From assembly GCA_047967505.1 (NCBI GenBank), contig CM106538.1: a stretch of 64,000 bases of DNA. One strand, written 5' to 3'. The notes under the pieces were generated by a model, which was given only the letters and a program-made list of their open reading frames with translations, ran no database searches and had not been told where the DNA came from. The stretch's first letter is position 1, and every line of letters begins with the position of its first letter. The translations under genes and the position numbers were made by a program. Source of the DNA: Dipteris shenzhenensis. Taxonomy: Eukaryota. Below, in pieces: positions 47,050 to 61,986 of this stretch.

Positions 47050-49100
47050 CTCACTACACGAGGCTGCCCTTCACGCTTTCCCTCACACCACCCGCTCCAC
47101 CCGCCCACCACCCCTTGGGACCGTACCCTATAATAGCTAGAACGATGATGAGAGTAAGGCTTTACGCCGTCAGCTCAAATTCGAAACCAAAAACAGTCTT
47201 CTGAGCGAACCAGAGACGCTACGCAAGTATCGTCAACTAGTACGTAAAAAGAAAATGTAAAAAGAAACTAGATTTTGTTCGCTAGATCGAGGAGGAACTA
47301 CTGAACATTTTGTTTAGTAACAACTCTAAGGACTTTTGGTGGAGATTTCTAGAGGGACGGTCCCCTTCACCACTCATTGACACTCAGGTCTGGTATAATT
47401 ATGCACGCACACTTTATGACATCCCAAATCAGCCAGTCCCTAACCTCTCATATATGCCACGTCCCACATCCTGCACCCTCTTCACTAAGGGGGGGGTAAA
47501 GGATGTCGCAATGAAACTTCATAGTGGCCGAGCGAAGGATCATGAGGGACTATGCACAAAGTTCATTGCATATGGGAAAAAGCTCCTAGCCCCAATCTTA
47601 GCAAAGCTCTTTAATGAAGCTCTTTGTTTGGGGTTTCCACGCACCTGGACCATTAACACTATTTCACCCATCCACAAGGCTAGGGATCCCATGAGCCCGG
47701 AGAATTACAGGACCATACTGATTGGACATGTCATATCCAAGATTTATGCATCAGTGCTTGATTCCGAGGTCAGCAGAGTTGCGGAGTGTAGAGAACTTCG
47801 AGCAACAGGACAGGTTGGATTCCGACGTGATCATGGAACTATGGACCACATTCTCACGCTCAGGTGCATCATCGAGGAGGCGAGGGCACGGAAGCAAAGG
47901 GTTTATTGTTGCTTTGTGGATTTCCGCAAGGCATTTGACATAGTTCCGAGAGCCCGCCTCATATGGCGTTGGACCACATTCTCACGCTCAGGTGCATCAT
48001 CGAGGAGGCGAGGGCACAGAAGCAGAGGGTTTACTGTTGCTTTGTGGATTTCCGCAAGGCATTTGACACAGTTCCGAGAGCCCACCTCATACGGCGCCTA
48101 CAGAATTTGGGTTATGAACAAGAGATCATCTTGGCTGTGATGGCACTTTACGAGAGAGCTTCAGGCAGAGTCTAGGCAAGATTTGGGTGGACATATGAGA
48201 TCATGAGCACTATTGGGGTTAAACAAGGGTGTCCATTATCACCTACCCTCTTTGGCCTCTACATTGATGAGCCTGAGACAGTGATGCAGACACAGCGGGA
48301 GTTGGCTACTCTCTTGCGGACATGCTGATCCGGATATTGCTTTATGCAGATGACGTGGCTCTTTTCTCTGCCTTAGCAAAGGGGCTCCAGAGACACCTTG
48401 ACGCACTACAATCCTTTTGTGAGTCTCATGATTTGAAGGTCAACCTGGGTAAAACCAAGGTTATGATCTTCAATACATCTCGAGCCGTCATGCGCCAGGA
48501 GCAGCTCGCATTTGATGGGTCACCTGTTGAGATAGTTTCATCATACACGTATCTTGGGGTTGTCTTCTCCAAACCCATCTTCACTATGAGACCCGCGATG
48601 CAGGCACACTTAGGCAGAGGATATGCTTCATTGGCCAGACTAGAGAGGCTGTTCGCTCGCACTTTCAAGATCCACGGACCAACGGACTGCTTTTTGACTC
48701 CTTGGTCTGCCTAGCGGGGACGTATGGCAGCCCCTATTGGGGGCCAGACTTGTCGAATACAGAGTGGGCTTGTGTGGAGCGGCTACAGGTTCTCATGTTA
48801 TCACGGATGATTTGCGGTAAGCCATCCCTTCCTCACCAGATCATTCACGCTGAGTTTGGGTCATCCCCATTACAGCTAGATGCTGCATTTCAGTTCACCA
48901 TGTATCTGTACCGAGTCAGGGAGTATGGGGATTACACTTCTGGGAGGAGCAGTCTAGCATTGTCCTCTTCTATGGCAATTTCAGCAGGAGGGGACCAGAG
49001 ATGTTGGTATGCACGCACAAAGAGATGGTTCGAGCAACTAAGGCTTCACATGGATAGATTCCCTCCCTTCCAGTACAAGCACTCCATATAAGTTCAAGGC
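47050..49100 (+). mobile_element. Decayed RTEX-like LINE reverse transcriptase
   Basis: NYRTILIG, QVGFRR, FVDFRKAFD, GVKQGCPLSPTLF, LLYADD, KTKVMIF, YTYLGV. Confidence 0.85.
47842..48097 (+). repeat. 128-bp tandem duplication inside the RT (frameshifting)
   Basis: tggaccacattctcacgctcagg... starts at 47842 and again at 47970. Confidence 0.9.
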
Positions 49101-49329
49101 GCTCCATCAATCTGTCTTGAAACTTGAGAGGTGCTGCTAACAGTGACCTCCTCAATCACACATGCTTGTCAGGTCTCCAATATTACATATACTGGTCATA
49201 TCTCCACCATCCCCTCATAATCAGAGTGTGAGGAGATTGGCAAACCATTCTCAAGAGGCTGGAAACTCACAATCAGAGTGTGAGGAGGTTGACAACACCT
49301 ACAGGACGAATGAGAATGGAGGAGGGGCG

Positions 49330-49750
49330 AGATTCCACCAATGCTGGTCAAAAGAAAAATGGTTGGCATTCCCACTTGCAAACAACCTCAATGTAGTAGC
49401 AAAGCCCTGATAAGAATCAAGCAACCCATCAAGGGTTCTAGAAACAAGCTGAGAATCATGCATAATCTCAAAAATATTGGCCAATCGCTCTTTCAAATCC
49501 TTCACATTAGTAAGGTAGGCATCCATGTTACCACCCTCTTCAAGCTTCAAGTCCTTCAACTACTTGCGAAGATAGGCAACCCTCGCCTCATTCCGCACCT
49601 GATATAAGGATGCAAGCTGATCCCATGCTTGCTTAGCTGTCTTGCAAGACCGGATATGAGGGATAATGACCCTATTCACTGAAAGAGCAATCAAGGCATG
49701 TGCTTTGGCATCACGACCATCTCATTGAATCTGCTCCTATGTAGAAGGCA
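49330..49750 (-). pseudogene. Ty1/Copia gag (UBN2-like) fragment
   Basis: LKLEEGGNMDAYLTNVKDLKERLANI...TLDGLLDSYQGFATTL. Confidence 0.7.
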
Positions 49751-50315
49751 GAGTAGATAAGTCAGAGGTCACTAGTGGCCAGTGGATGCGACCAGTTAGG
49801 ATAAAAGTGAAGGTGGAGGTAGACTCTGATTGTGAAGGGATGGTGGAGATACGACCAGTTTATGTAACATTGGAGACCTGACAAGCATGTGTGATTGAGG
49901 AGGTTGGCAAACCATTCTCGGGAGGTAGGCAAGTCACAATCAAAGTGTGAGGAGGTTGGCAACAGCTACACAGCCAATGAGAATGGAGGAGGGATGAGAT
50001 TCCACCAATGGGAGAAGTCACACGTCACTAGTGGCCAGTGGATGCGACCAGCTAGGATAAAAGCGAAGGTGGAGGTAGACGTGGAGTTAGAGGGGACTAT
50101 CATTGTCCTGCAAAGGCATTCAATGCCTATTGCATGATGCTTGTTTGCATCACAAAGTTCGAGAGTGTGGTGTTAACATGGGCAACTATCAGAGAGGCCA
50201 GCTATAGACCCAAAGAACGTTGAGTCAGCCCCGAGTTGAAGGTTTATAATTCCCTCCAAGCTAGATGCATCCAACAAGAAGCCATGTGACATGACCCCGC
50301 AGGATCTGACCCCCG

Positions 50316-53300
50316 AGGTCAAAGAAGAAAACCCAGTAGGTAGCATCCCTAACAACTCTTGAATCCTGACTATCCATGACCTCGGGCTAAAAGAGTGAGA
50401 ATCAGAATGACCCCGCCTTTGGACATGATTCAAAGAAGGTATCCAACAAGACGCATCTTGGTCTAATCAATAAGAACCTTCATATGTCCAAACGGTAACT
50501 CGTCACAATCACATCAAGATCAAAACTTCAAATAGAAACCAAACAGGAATCTACGCACCAAGATTCGAGAAAGGGAAATCCAATTGTCTTAGTTAAGTCC
50601 AGTTTAGGATGTAACAAAATCTCAAGCATCCGGAATGTACCATATACCTTTAAAAAAAACTTCAAGATATATGGAACAAAAGTATATGTTATATAATTTG
50701 AAAAAAAACCCATCAAATTATAGATGCCACAAGTTACAAATCATAACCAAATTAACCAAAACCTGGTCAATTTAATAACAAGACAGGTTATAATTCATAC
50801 GATTTTCGGGAACATCTTGAACCAAACGTGGTTCAAAAGATCCAGTCGAGCCAAAAATAATTGGGTGTCGGTCAAACTGAGGATTTCAACCTCTTCATCG
50901 CTTCTCAATAACTTGGAAGCGGTACAAAGACTCTAAAACAAGCTGTCTACATTTAGAACAGCATGAGCCTTCTTCAATATATTTCTGGTACTGAGGGCTT
51001 TTATAGTAGTGAAGAGCTGCCCAGAGTTCATCCATCAAGGAATCCATCTCTTGTAGCAGGTCATGAGGTCTATGAGGGGTTCAATTGATAGGGTTGTTCG
51101 AACAATGATTCCTCGATCTCAACCTAAGATTTTGAGTTCAAGGATACTCAATAGATAAGGTTGATAGAATCATTTACCTTCAGGTACACATTTTACTATG
51201 CTTGTGTACGGATATGTCAACGGAAATAACTCTGTGGATTCATGCGTTACTTGATTTCTTCAGGAGACTACTAGACGATATGTAACCTTGTTTACATTGA
51301 GAGATTTACTTTCCTTGGGTTGGTTATCAAAGATTGTGGCTTTGGCCTTAGATTTTTTTTGAATCTCATGGAAAGTATAGCACACTCAAACTGATAGTCA
51401 GAGTATAGTTATTCGCATGGACTCATCTTCACAGAGAGTTTTCGGGCTTTCGGGTGAACTCAGGAGTGAGTTCTTAGAGGAAGGGGAGTATGTCATGTGC
51501 ATGGTGTACCTAGGGTTGGATAGCATGTTAACGTGGGTTACGGGATAGCATAGGGCTGGATGGCTATTTTTAGCCGAGATTGCTATATATAGAGATTGAT
51601 TCATATATAGTGCTCGCTTTATATGGAGGGAGCTATTCATAGCATTGTGCTATCTATAGCGGGTTTCCTTCTATATAGAGGGAGGGCCAGTGCTATTGTG
51701 TAGATCAGTTGAGCGCTCCTCAACTGATGGATGGGGCTTGGACCCAGGCCGGGACTCTGGCCATCTACATGGCAGATCATAGGTGGAGTATCAAAGGTCC
51801 TCTGGACGGACTCAGGTGGTATGGGACGCCTGGGTTCGATACAGGCCTATGGATGAGTCGAGCTATAGCCCACGTGCTCGGGGGTGGTCGGGAGAATCGA
51901 GGCACCTGCGCTATGATTCTGGTTGGATTGAGGACGAGATTCTAGGTTAGTGATAGGGTCAGATCCTGTGGGGTCATGTCATTTGGTATCTGAGCCGTCC
52001 TATCACGATTGAATTCAATGCGAGGTATGCAGAAAAGATGTCTTCCAGGTACGCTTTTTGAGATTGCTCTTGCAAAACTGAATTTCCACTCATGTATGGG
52101 CTGAATCGTTGGCTGATGATGTGTGCTCATGATTGGGAGATTTGTAGAAGAAATAGAAGTCCATAGGCTGTGTGCTCTCTTGGTTGCTACGTGTTTGGAA
52201 ATCGTGATTCCCTGAGAAGGGTAGGCGATGAGAAGACTTGATGCTTTCAGCAAGAGATATGAGGATGGATCGTTTCTGACCTACCCACGCTTGGGTTGTT
52301 GATGTGATTGGCTGTGTGCGGACACGTGAGAGTGGGCTGGTTAGCGAATGAATTCGCTCTAGGTTCTCAAGGATGAGATTCCTACCCTAGAGACCTAGAT
52401 TTGCTGCAGTTGAGAAGTAGGAGGAAAGAGAGGGCGTTCATAAGCCAGAGAACGGCTTGTGTAGGAGATTCGGGCATCAAAGACAGGGGCGATATGATTG
52501 GGGCAGGCGCTTGGTTTTGGGAAGGAGCGTATGGCCTGATTTTAGCGCGTTTTGGTTATTTTTGGCTGGCTGGAGAAAAGCGGAACCAGATCTATTAAAA
52601 GCGAGACTGTTTTTGGTTTTTAAAAAAAGCAGGTTGCTTTTTTGTTTTTCTCTAGCAAGGAAAGCACTTGCTCTAAATCAAGCACCCACCCAAAATACAC
52701 CTAGCTTTTGATGGCCCTTCCTATCTATTTATATACTCAGAATTTCCCTCTCTCTCTCTCGCTTCAGCAGTTCAGCGCATGAAGGCGAATTTCCCACCCT
52801 CTTTCTGTCTGAGATCAGCCTATCAGATTCCGCCATCTTTCTTGCTGTCCTCTACCCGTCTTCTTCCTCGATTCCACGCAGCACCAGATTCTCTCTTCAG
52901 AAGAGCACGTGTTTGGACGCAGCTGCTTTTCTTCTAGTGCCTCTCCCGTGTGAGATATTTTCCAGCCATGGAAGGACATCAAAGTAATGAGACACCTACG
53001 TTGGATTACTCTTTTATTGAGATGGAGGACAAGGCTACATCGGAGGTTATTCCTCGTAGACCTCATGACCTGCTACGAGAGATGGATTCCTTGATGGATG
53101 AACTCTGGGCAGCTCTTCACTACTATAAAACCCCTCAGTACCAGAAATATATTGAAGAAGGCTCATGCTGTTCTAAATGTAGACAGCTTGTTTTAGAATC
53201 TTTATACCGCTTCCGTGCTATTGAGAAGCGATGAAGAGGTTGAAATTCTCAGTTTTGACCGACACCCAATTATTTTTTGGCTCAACTGGATCTTTTGAAC

Positions 53301-53811
53301 CACGTTGGTTCAAGAAGCTCCCCAATTTTGCATGAACTATAAACTGTCTTGTTATTAAATTGACCAGGTTTTGGTTAACTTGGGTTTGATTTGTAACTAG
53401 TGGCATCTATAATTTGATGATTTTTTTCAAATTATACTTTTCTTGCATTTATCTTGAAGTTTTTTAGATATATGGTACATTGATGGTGCCCGAGTATTTG
53501 TTACATATTAGACCGGATTTAACAAAGGCAATTGGATTTCCCTTTCTCGAATCTTGGTGCGTAGATTCCTATTTGGTTTCTATTTGAAGTTTTGATCTTG
53601 ATGTGATTGTGAGTTGACGTTTCTTCGAGTTACTGTTTGGACGTATGAAGGTTCTTATTAATTAGACCAGGATGAGTCTTGTTGGATACCTTCTTTGAAT
53701 CATGTCCAAAGGCGGGGTCATTTTGATTCTCACTCTTTTGGCCCGAGGTCATGGATAGTCAAGATTCAAGAGTTGTTAGGGATGCTACCTACTGGTTTTT
53801 TTCTTTGACCT
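50316..53811. repeat. About 760-bp diverged inverted repeat pair (50316-51077 / 53052-53811) in an unclassified non-coding repeat
   Basis: Reverse-complement matches throughout, e.g. gtagcatccctaacaactcttgaatc versus gattcaagagttgttagggatgctac. Confidence 0.85.
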
Positions 53812-55370
53812 ATGTTGGGGTATTGTAACACAAGGGGGTGATGAAATCACATTAAGAAAAGGATTGAGAACGGATTTGCCACCCTGATTCAATCTGAGAT
53901 CATCTGAGTTGAAGAGGGATTGGCTACCTGATTCACTCATATTGTCCACCGAGTTTTTTATTTGGAGTATACTTTGGTTGTATGGGACACTAAGGTATGT
54001 TACATTTAAGATTCTCTGATGTGGTGGTATAATCCAGCGTGAAATAATACCCAAGGACCTCTAGGGTGAAGCACAAGCAGGCTGAATTGATTTGGGGGCA
54101 ACCTGATTAGATTTTTTTTTACGAGGGCTGACTAAGATTCTTTACCCTGAGAGAAGCCATGTATTTTTTGGGTTCAACCCTGGAGCTCCATAGTCTAGAC
54201 TCAATCTCAGGGAGGGTTACCGCATATCTTCTGATGATGGTATGTCAGTGCCTTGTTTGGAACTTGATGTTCCTAGATAAAAGATCCTAAGAACTGGATG
54301 ATCCTTTGATCGGAGCGGTTTATTGTGCACAAGTTTATACATGATATTCGGTAGTGGATCTTATTTTAAGAGATTTCGGAATGGATCGTTTCCGTAGTCT
54401 TTGGATCACATAGGATGCTATTCCTATGATGGTTGACTATATACATGTCTAGAACAGTACCATTGACTGGATATTGCCAACTGAATTTTTATTGATTATC
54501 CTCATGTAGGGGCATTACTTGGCAAGTTAATCATCCGTGGTCTGACCCCAGGAGGGCAGACGTGGAAGCTCTTGCTTCAGCATGGTCTCAGCGCATGTAT
54601 CCCCCAGAGAGGGGGTGATTGGCAGCCGTCTATCCGGTGGATTTTCACTTCAGCCCCGCTGACTCAGCCCCGCTCCCCCTTCCTCCGCGGCCTCGTCTCA
54701 GTCTGGAGGAAGTTGTGGCACAGCCTCTCTCAGGTTCCCCCCAGCTGCCGAGAGGAGATAGACAGACAGCCCCTGATCTGGAGCAGCCAGGTGACAGATG
54801 ATACAGGTCGCCAGCTTGGAGAGAGATCCCATATCCCATGGGCGCTCTGGGCGCGTGGGCTTGCGCGTTCGCCCCAGGTTTGGAGGGACGTCTATAGCTA
54901 GTTGGGCCTAGGTGAGCTGGCAGCAGCAGTAGGTACGGCACGTGGGATCCAGGCTCGACGAGCGGAGATCGATGCTACCATTCCTGCAGGTTGGAGGATT
55001 CCCATGATCACCAGATAGCTCCTCCCAGGAGATGAGAGGTGGCTAGGGCAGTTCACTCCCCGCGGCATTCCTTTGGTGGTTGCAGGCCTTTTCTCGGACT
55101 CCTCGATTCACTTCTTCTCTGTCGCCGATGGTAGCCGTCTCCAGAGCGGAGAGGCCGTGATCGACCCCCAGCTTCCCTGGCAGCGCCTTCGCATCATAGG
55201 GCTGCAAGGGAAAGCGTGGCATATAGACCCCCGGATGGTTCAGGACCAGGACTGGAGACTCTGGATTTAGGAGGGCCACTCCTTGACAGAGGTGGAGTGG
55301 GACCCAGGGGAGTGGCGCCGGCCACCACTGGAGACCTCAGAGAACCCTACCCCCTTCTTCTCATACAGCG

Positions 55371-58300
55371 TGTCACCTATCTCTTGATTTCCTCACTGCA
55401 GATATCACGGGAGTAGCACCTTTCATTTCCTCCCAGCCAACTCTGCCAAGACTTCCAAGCAAGAGAGAGAGAGCTGTAAACGAAATCACGTAAAAATTCC
55501 AATCCTTATCTTCTCTCACTAGCCTTAGCAGACCCCAAATCCCTAGATAGATCTAGATGCCACATGTCATCCATATAGGGCCTTCCTAATGCAACATTTC
55601 ACCCCTCTCTTGGGATGCATTTAATTCCTTGCCCCTAGGCACAATCTTTGCACTAGGCCCTTGGTCTCAGATCTATCTAGTCTGGTGCTATCAGCCCTCA
55701 CCTAGGACCTTGACATTAATCCCTCCCGATCACTTACATAAAGCGCAAACACATATATTACAAAGATAGATCCTATAAGGGAAATGTCGACTAATTCTTC
55801 CGAGGTCATGCTACCTCGGCTAGAGCGTAACATTCCTTCCCTCTTCAGACATCAGCGTCCTCGATGATAAAGTCTGGGAACACTCTCCGCAACTGATATA
55901 CGGATTCCCAGGTAGCTTCGGATAGAGGCTGACCATGCCATGCAACCAACACCGTGGGTATCTTCCGATTTCGTATTTGCATTGTTCCTCGGTCCAGGAT
56001 TCTTGTTGGTTTGCGCCTTGCAATATCCTCTATCTCCTGAAACAAAACCACACCTTCGATTAGTGAGTCACCAGTATGTAAAAATTTCTTTAAACGTGAA
56101 ACATGAAAAACCGGGTGCACCTTACACCCCTGTGGCAATTCTAATTTATAGGCTACACTGCCTATTCTCTTTAGAATCAACCACGGCCCACAGTATCGAG
56201 GTGATAACTTAGCACACTCTCCTGAAGTCAATGACTTCGAGTGCGAAGGAATTCTGAGAAAAACTTTTTCTCCTTCTTCAAATACTCTTATAGACCGATT
56301 TTCATCCGCATACACCTTGGCTCTATCCATAGCCTGACGGATATTAGCTCTCGCAAGTGCTAGCATCTCCCGCATCTGAACTACAAAGTTCGCGGCACTA
56401 GGCACTTTCTGAGGTACTCCAACTATAGTTGGATTAGCTGGTCTATAACCATAGTTCAGTTCAAACGGACTGAACCCAGTAGATGAATGTTTCCTATCAT
56501 TGTAGGCAAACTCCAACAATGGCAACCACTTGTCCCATGTATGTTGCCTCAATCACACATATGCTCTCAGCATATCCTCTAAAGTCTGGTTGACTCTCTC
56601 CGTCTGACCATCAGGATGATCCCCACTACTCATTCCCAACTCAGTCCTTAGTGTCTCAAATACCGTTGTCCAAAAGTGACCGGTAAACCTGACATCTCTG
56701 TCTGACACTATGGATCTAGGCAATCCATGCAGACGAAATATATGTCTAATAAACAACTCCGCTACTTGCGGGGCACTAATAGACTCTCTAGTCGGAATGA
56801 AGTGAGCCATCTTGGTTAGACGATCAACCACCACAAGGATAGAATTATACCCTCCTTGCGTTGCAAGTAGCCCTACAATAAAATCCATGGAAATGCTCTC
56901 CCACTTACTTAGTGGTATTTCCAAGGGCTGTAAAAGTCTGGGTGGCTTCACCCGCTCGGCCTTACTTACCTGACACGAGAAACACCGTGTCACATATTCA
57001 TGAATATGCTTTTTCATCTTTGGCCAAAAGAAATCTCGCTTCACGAGATCATATGTCTTCTCGACTCCTGGATGTCCCGCACACGGGCTATCATGGCATT
57101 GTCGAATGACTCTCTGCCTGAGATCATTCTGACCAGGTACTACAACCTTGCCATTCCTAACTAGCATACCATCCCTTATGGTATATCTTGCATAGGTTTG
57201 GCCTTTTCTGGATGCCAGGTCATCCTTTTCATTTTCCCCGGGTTTTAACACATGAGCCTTAGGCCATAAGCTCTGGACAAACTCGTCCACCTTTTGAGTT
57301 TCTCTGATCTCGGTCATTAGAGCACTCTCTAATACCGTGAAACTCAGGTTGTGCATAATGCGAGACAACGCATCAGCTACCTTATTGTCTTTTCCTCTTC
57401 GGTACCGAATCGTTAGATTAAACTCATGCATGAGCTCTGCCCACCTAGCTTGGCGGCCCCTCAAGTCAGGCTGTTTACAGAAATGTTTCAGAGTATCATG
57501 ATCCACATCTACATAAAACTCTGAACCATACAGATAATGCCTCCATGTTTTCAAAGCATGGATAACAGCATACAACTCTAATTCATGAGTTGGCCAATTC
57601 CTTTGAGAGGGAGAAAGCTTCTTGCTTTCAAAGGCTACTGGCCTTCCCTCTTGAAGGAGGACTGCTCCTACCGCAATGCCACTTGCATCGGTTTCTAGGA
57701 ACAACGGTTTCTGGGGATCAACTATTTTTAACACCGGTCCTGAGACCACATCTTGTTTTATGGTGTTAAAACTTTCCTGTTGATTTTGTCCCCAAATAAA
57801 AGGTACTTTATCTGAGGTCAGATCAGTCAATGGCGATACTATTTCGGAATATCCTTTGATATGCCTTCTATAAAACTGGACAAATCCCAAGAATGATCGC
57901 AACAACGCGGTTAGACTCTGAGGGATTGGCCAAGTTAGTATCGCAGCCACTTTCTTCGGATCCATTTCTACCCCCTGTGGAGTAATTATGAACCCTAAGT
58001 ACTCAAGCCTAACCATACACAGTATAGTTTTCTTTTTATTCACGTAAAGACTGGCTTTCCTCAAAGTACTGAACACTATCCTTAAGTGTTCACAATGCTC
58101 AGTAACACTTTTACTGAATATCAAGATATCGTCAATAAAATGTACTACGAACTTTCCGATATACGGACGTAGTAAATCATTCATAAGCATGACGAAGGTC
58201 GCTGGAGCATTGGTAAGTCCGAAGGGCATTACCAAAAACTCATAATGACCAAACCTGCTTCTAAAAGCGGTTTTATGCACATCCTCGGCTCTAATCCGGA

Positions 58301-61300
58301 TCTGATGATAGCCGCACTTAAGATCTATCTTGCTGAAAATCACGGCTCCATGTAATGCATCTAGCAAATCATCAATCCGAGCCATCGGATACCTGTGCTT
58401 AACAGTGATATTATTCAATGCTCTGTAATCTATACAGAGGCGGAACGTATCATCCTTTTTCCTCTTTAATATCACTGGTGAAGCAAAAGGTGAGAAACTT
58501 GGTTGAATCTGCCCCAACTTGAGGTATTCTTCCAGTTGCCTACGCACCTCCGCTTCTTCAGTAAAGCTCATTCTATAGGGAGGTCTATTTACAGGTTCTG
58601 CCCCCGGGATCAGCTCAATCTTATGCTGAACTTTCCGTTCTGGAGGTAACCCATAAGGTAGTTCATCCCTAAAACATTCAGAGAACTCCTCTGTTATAAG
58701 ATTAGCCAGCTTGGCCATCTCACCACTTTGCGTAACATCAGTGCTAGCCGAAGACTCATCTACCGACTCTACCGATGCTGTGCAAAGGTATAAAAACTCT
58801 ACTTGAGCCTTTCTGATTTCCATCACGGAAACCAACGGTCCCTGAGGCATATCTCTTTCACCTCGCAAGACATAAAGCACATCATTCATCTTGAATTGAT
58901 ATACGTGCTTTTTCCAATCAATGGCTGGATTCTTCCTAGAATGCCACGCCATTCCCAGGGCTATATCCGCATGAGCAAGCTTGGTTATTTCAAAATCAAG
59001 CTTCTCAGCATAGTCCTGAATCCGAAGCTCTAACTGGGTAACCCTTTGGTCCCATACTTCAGTTGAACTTCCATCGGCCATCCTGACTGTATACACATAG
59101 TCAGATGGACTTGTCTTTAATTTCAGCCTCTTCACGAGCTTGGAGTTAATCACATTGTGAGTTGACGCTGAGTCAAACAACACAATGACATCATGACTGG
59201 CCACTTGCCCTTTCATTTTGATTAACTCCGTATCATTGAAGGCTGTATACCCCGTTGCTGCGGGCTTAGATAGGATGTTATCAGGTGCACTCGTCACTAA
59301 CTTAGTAACAGACACACAGAACAAACAAGGTACTAACCTCTGAGAAGATCCCGCTAGCTGAATCTGCATCTCTTCCGCTCTGGGACTTCCCTGCATCTCC
59401 ACGTCGCACTCTAAGATCACCATCTCAGCCATCCGACGATCTTTATTACGTGGACAATCTCTCCACTGATGAGGTTGAAGGCAACCAAAGCATGAGCCTT
59501 CTCTCCTCGCTTTTTCCCGCTGTTCTGGGTTGAAGGGAGACTTAGACCAAGCCCGGGCTGCCATTGGAGTTACTTTCCTCTTCACTCCAATGGTGGTACT
59601 TGGTTTAGGAGTTTCAGCCGGTCTCGCCTGCTTGGCTTGACCACTCGGCTGCGAACCACTCCCTCTACTAGTCCACTTCTTCTTAAACCCAGATTTCTTC
59701 GGATACCCATACTGGGTTCCGACCTGTGCAAACCCACTTGGCTTGTTGCCCTTGGCATCCTCGTAGTTCAGGGCTATAGCTATTGCATCATCTAGCGTGT
59801 TCGCGTACTTAGCCCGAACTTCCATTTTTATTCGATCATTCAATCCAAATATGAAATCTTTCACTTGGATTGATTGAGGCAGGGGTTCGTCAACCTTCAT
59901 TACACTCTCTCGAAACTTATCAGTGTATTCTGCCACTGATAAATTTCTCTGACGCAGGTTCCTATATTGATCCCAAGCTCGGGATGCCTCGTCAGGAGGT
60001 AAGAAGTGTTTCCTGAACTCTCTTTTAAACCCCTCCCAGGTAGTGGATGCTATGCCATCTTTTTGTTGTTTAATCCACCACCGATCCGCAGCCTCACTAA
60101 ACATATGGGTGGCCTCGCGGATCTTTTTGATGTCATTTCTGATCTCACAAATGGCGAACGCCTCGTCCCATTTGTGTAACCAGGTCTCAATGACATCGGA
60201 GCTACGGTCGTTCATCCGACCAGAATACTTTTCCGGTCTGTAATTAGCAATATTTGGCACTTTAGCCTTCCTAGGCTCGACCGTATGGACACTAGACTCC
60301 AGTTCCATTGGAGCCTTTCCCTTCTCTTCTCGAGAAGGTCTGGCAGACATACTCTGTAGCACTCTCCTAAGTTCAGATTGCCCTGCGTTGGCTTGTAATT
60401 GCTGCGCTAACAACTGTTGCAAGGCATCTTCCAGCAATGCAATCCTGCCAGATAAAGTGTGAGCTACTGGGCGCGATCCCTGCTGGGTCGGCCGGACTCC
60501 TGATTCACCAGGGTCCCTCCTGGAAGCTCCTTCTTCTGCTTCCATTTAGTTCAGTAGGTGTTTTGTTTTGGGGCTTTTTTTTTTTTTTAACTTTTAGAAC
60601 ACCCCTAGAACACTGTAATCACAAGCTGACACAATTCAGGGTACTGACACTCTGAACACAATTCCCTATACTAGGGAATTCCTGCAATCCCACATTCACA
60701 CTGATCAAGCATTTAATACAGGCATATCTCACAGATGGCGCTTTTCCCTATACTAGGGAAATTCCTGCAATCTGACTCCGACTGAAGCACACAGGCATAA
60801 TCTGTCCCTGCTACAACATTAAAGCCTCATGCAGGCTGATTACCCTCAAGATCCGTCTATGAAAGCAAAACATCGCCCGACTAATTGAAGAGAAAAAAAA
60901 AACAAAACGAAAGTATTGGAGTTCGAAGAGAGCTCCCTGGTCGTTAACGAACAGCCACGCTCCCTTTTACGACCAGTCTGGAATCACAGTGGAGGTACAA
61001 GCTTTGGTCGTTGGACTAGCGTTTTATGTTGATCAGGCGCCTTCATAAACTAACCAACGTTAGACCCCCTGCTTTCGATCTGTCGAGCTATTCGGGCCAC
61101 CTGGTTTCCCTGCTCACGGAATCCTCAGACGGATCCCTGCCCACGCGACGGGCTACCAGCTGTCAGCTAATTTCTTCGTTAGACCCCCAGGTGTCCGTCA
61201 TGGTTCCGCTGCAGTCTGCCCGTCGACTTGCGCTCCACCAAGTTTCGTCAACTATTTTTACACCTGCGCTTCACGTCTCCTGTGCCTGCCTGGACTCTCC

Positions 61301-61986
61301 GTTGATCAGCGATCGATCACGGACTGTCAACGTCAAAGGCCTTACAGGAACCCTCCGTTCCAACGTTCTGCATAGCCCAATCGTGGGTCCACGTGAGCGC
61401 CGCGATTGATCCGTCACCAGCTACCGTATGATCGACGACTCTCTACTGCCGTTAGCCCGTTACTGTTCGTCGACCAGCCAGCCTTCTGATTCGTTTCTTT
61501 CTTCCGCTGACTAGCGTCGATTCGTCTCTCTCCAACCTTCTGCTCTGATACCAATTGTCACCTATCTCTTGATTTCCTCACTGCAGATATCACGGGAGTA
61601 GCACCTTTCATTTCCTCCCAGCCAACTCTGCCAAGACTTCCAAGCAAGAGAGAGAGAGCTGTAAACGAAATCACGTAAAAATTCCAATCCTTATCTTCTC
61701 TCACTAGCCTTAGCAGACCCCAAATCCCTAGATAGATCTAGATGCCACATGTCATCCATATAGGGCCTTCCTAATGCAACATTTCACCCCAGGCACAATC
61801 TTTGCACTAGGCCCTTGGTCTCAGATCTATCTAGTCTGGTGCTATCAGCCCTCACCTAGGACCTTGACATTAATCCCTCCCGATCACTTACATAAAGCGC
61901 AAACACATATATTACAAAGATAGATCCCATAAGGGAAATGTCGACTGATTCTTCCGAGGTCATGCTACCTCGGCTAGAGCGTAACA
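55371..61986 (-). mobile_element. Ty3/Gypsy chromovirus, full length
   Basis: TG...CA LTRs at 55371-55832 and 61556-61986; iMet PBS at 61542-61553; PPT at 55833-55844; TSD CAGCG/TAGCG. Confidence 0.95.
55845..60545 (-). CDS. Chromovirus Gag-Pol with chromodomain; one in-frame TGA at 56553-56555
   Basis: Gag, CFGCLQPHQWRDC, FDSAS protease, FIDD RT, TDAS RH, HHCC/DDE integrase, VLVAWHGQPLSEATWE chromodomain. Confidence 0.93.

Noticed and set aside
56553-56555. Programmed readthrough in the chromovirus integrase
   Set aside because: Stop lies inside the integrase core region near other small lesions (HPDGQ lacks QT); more likely decay
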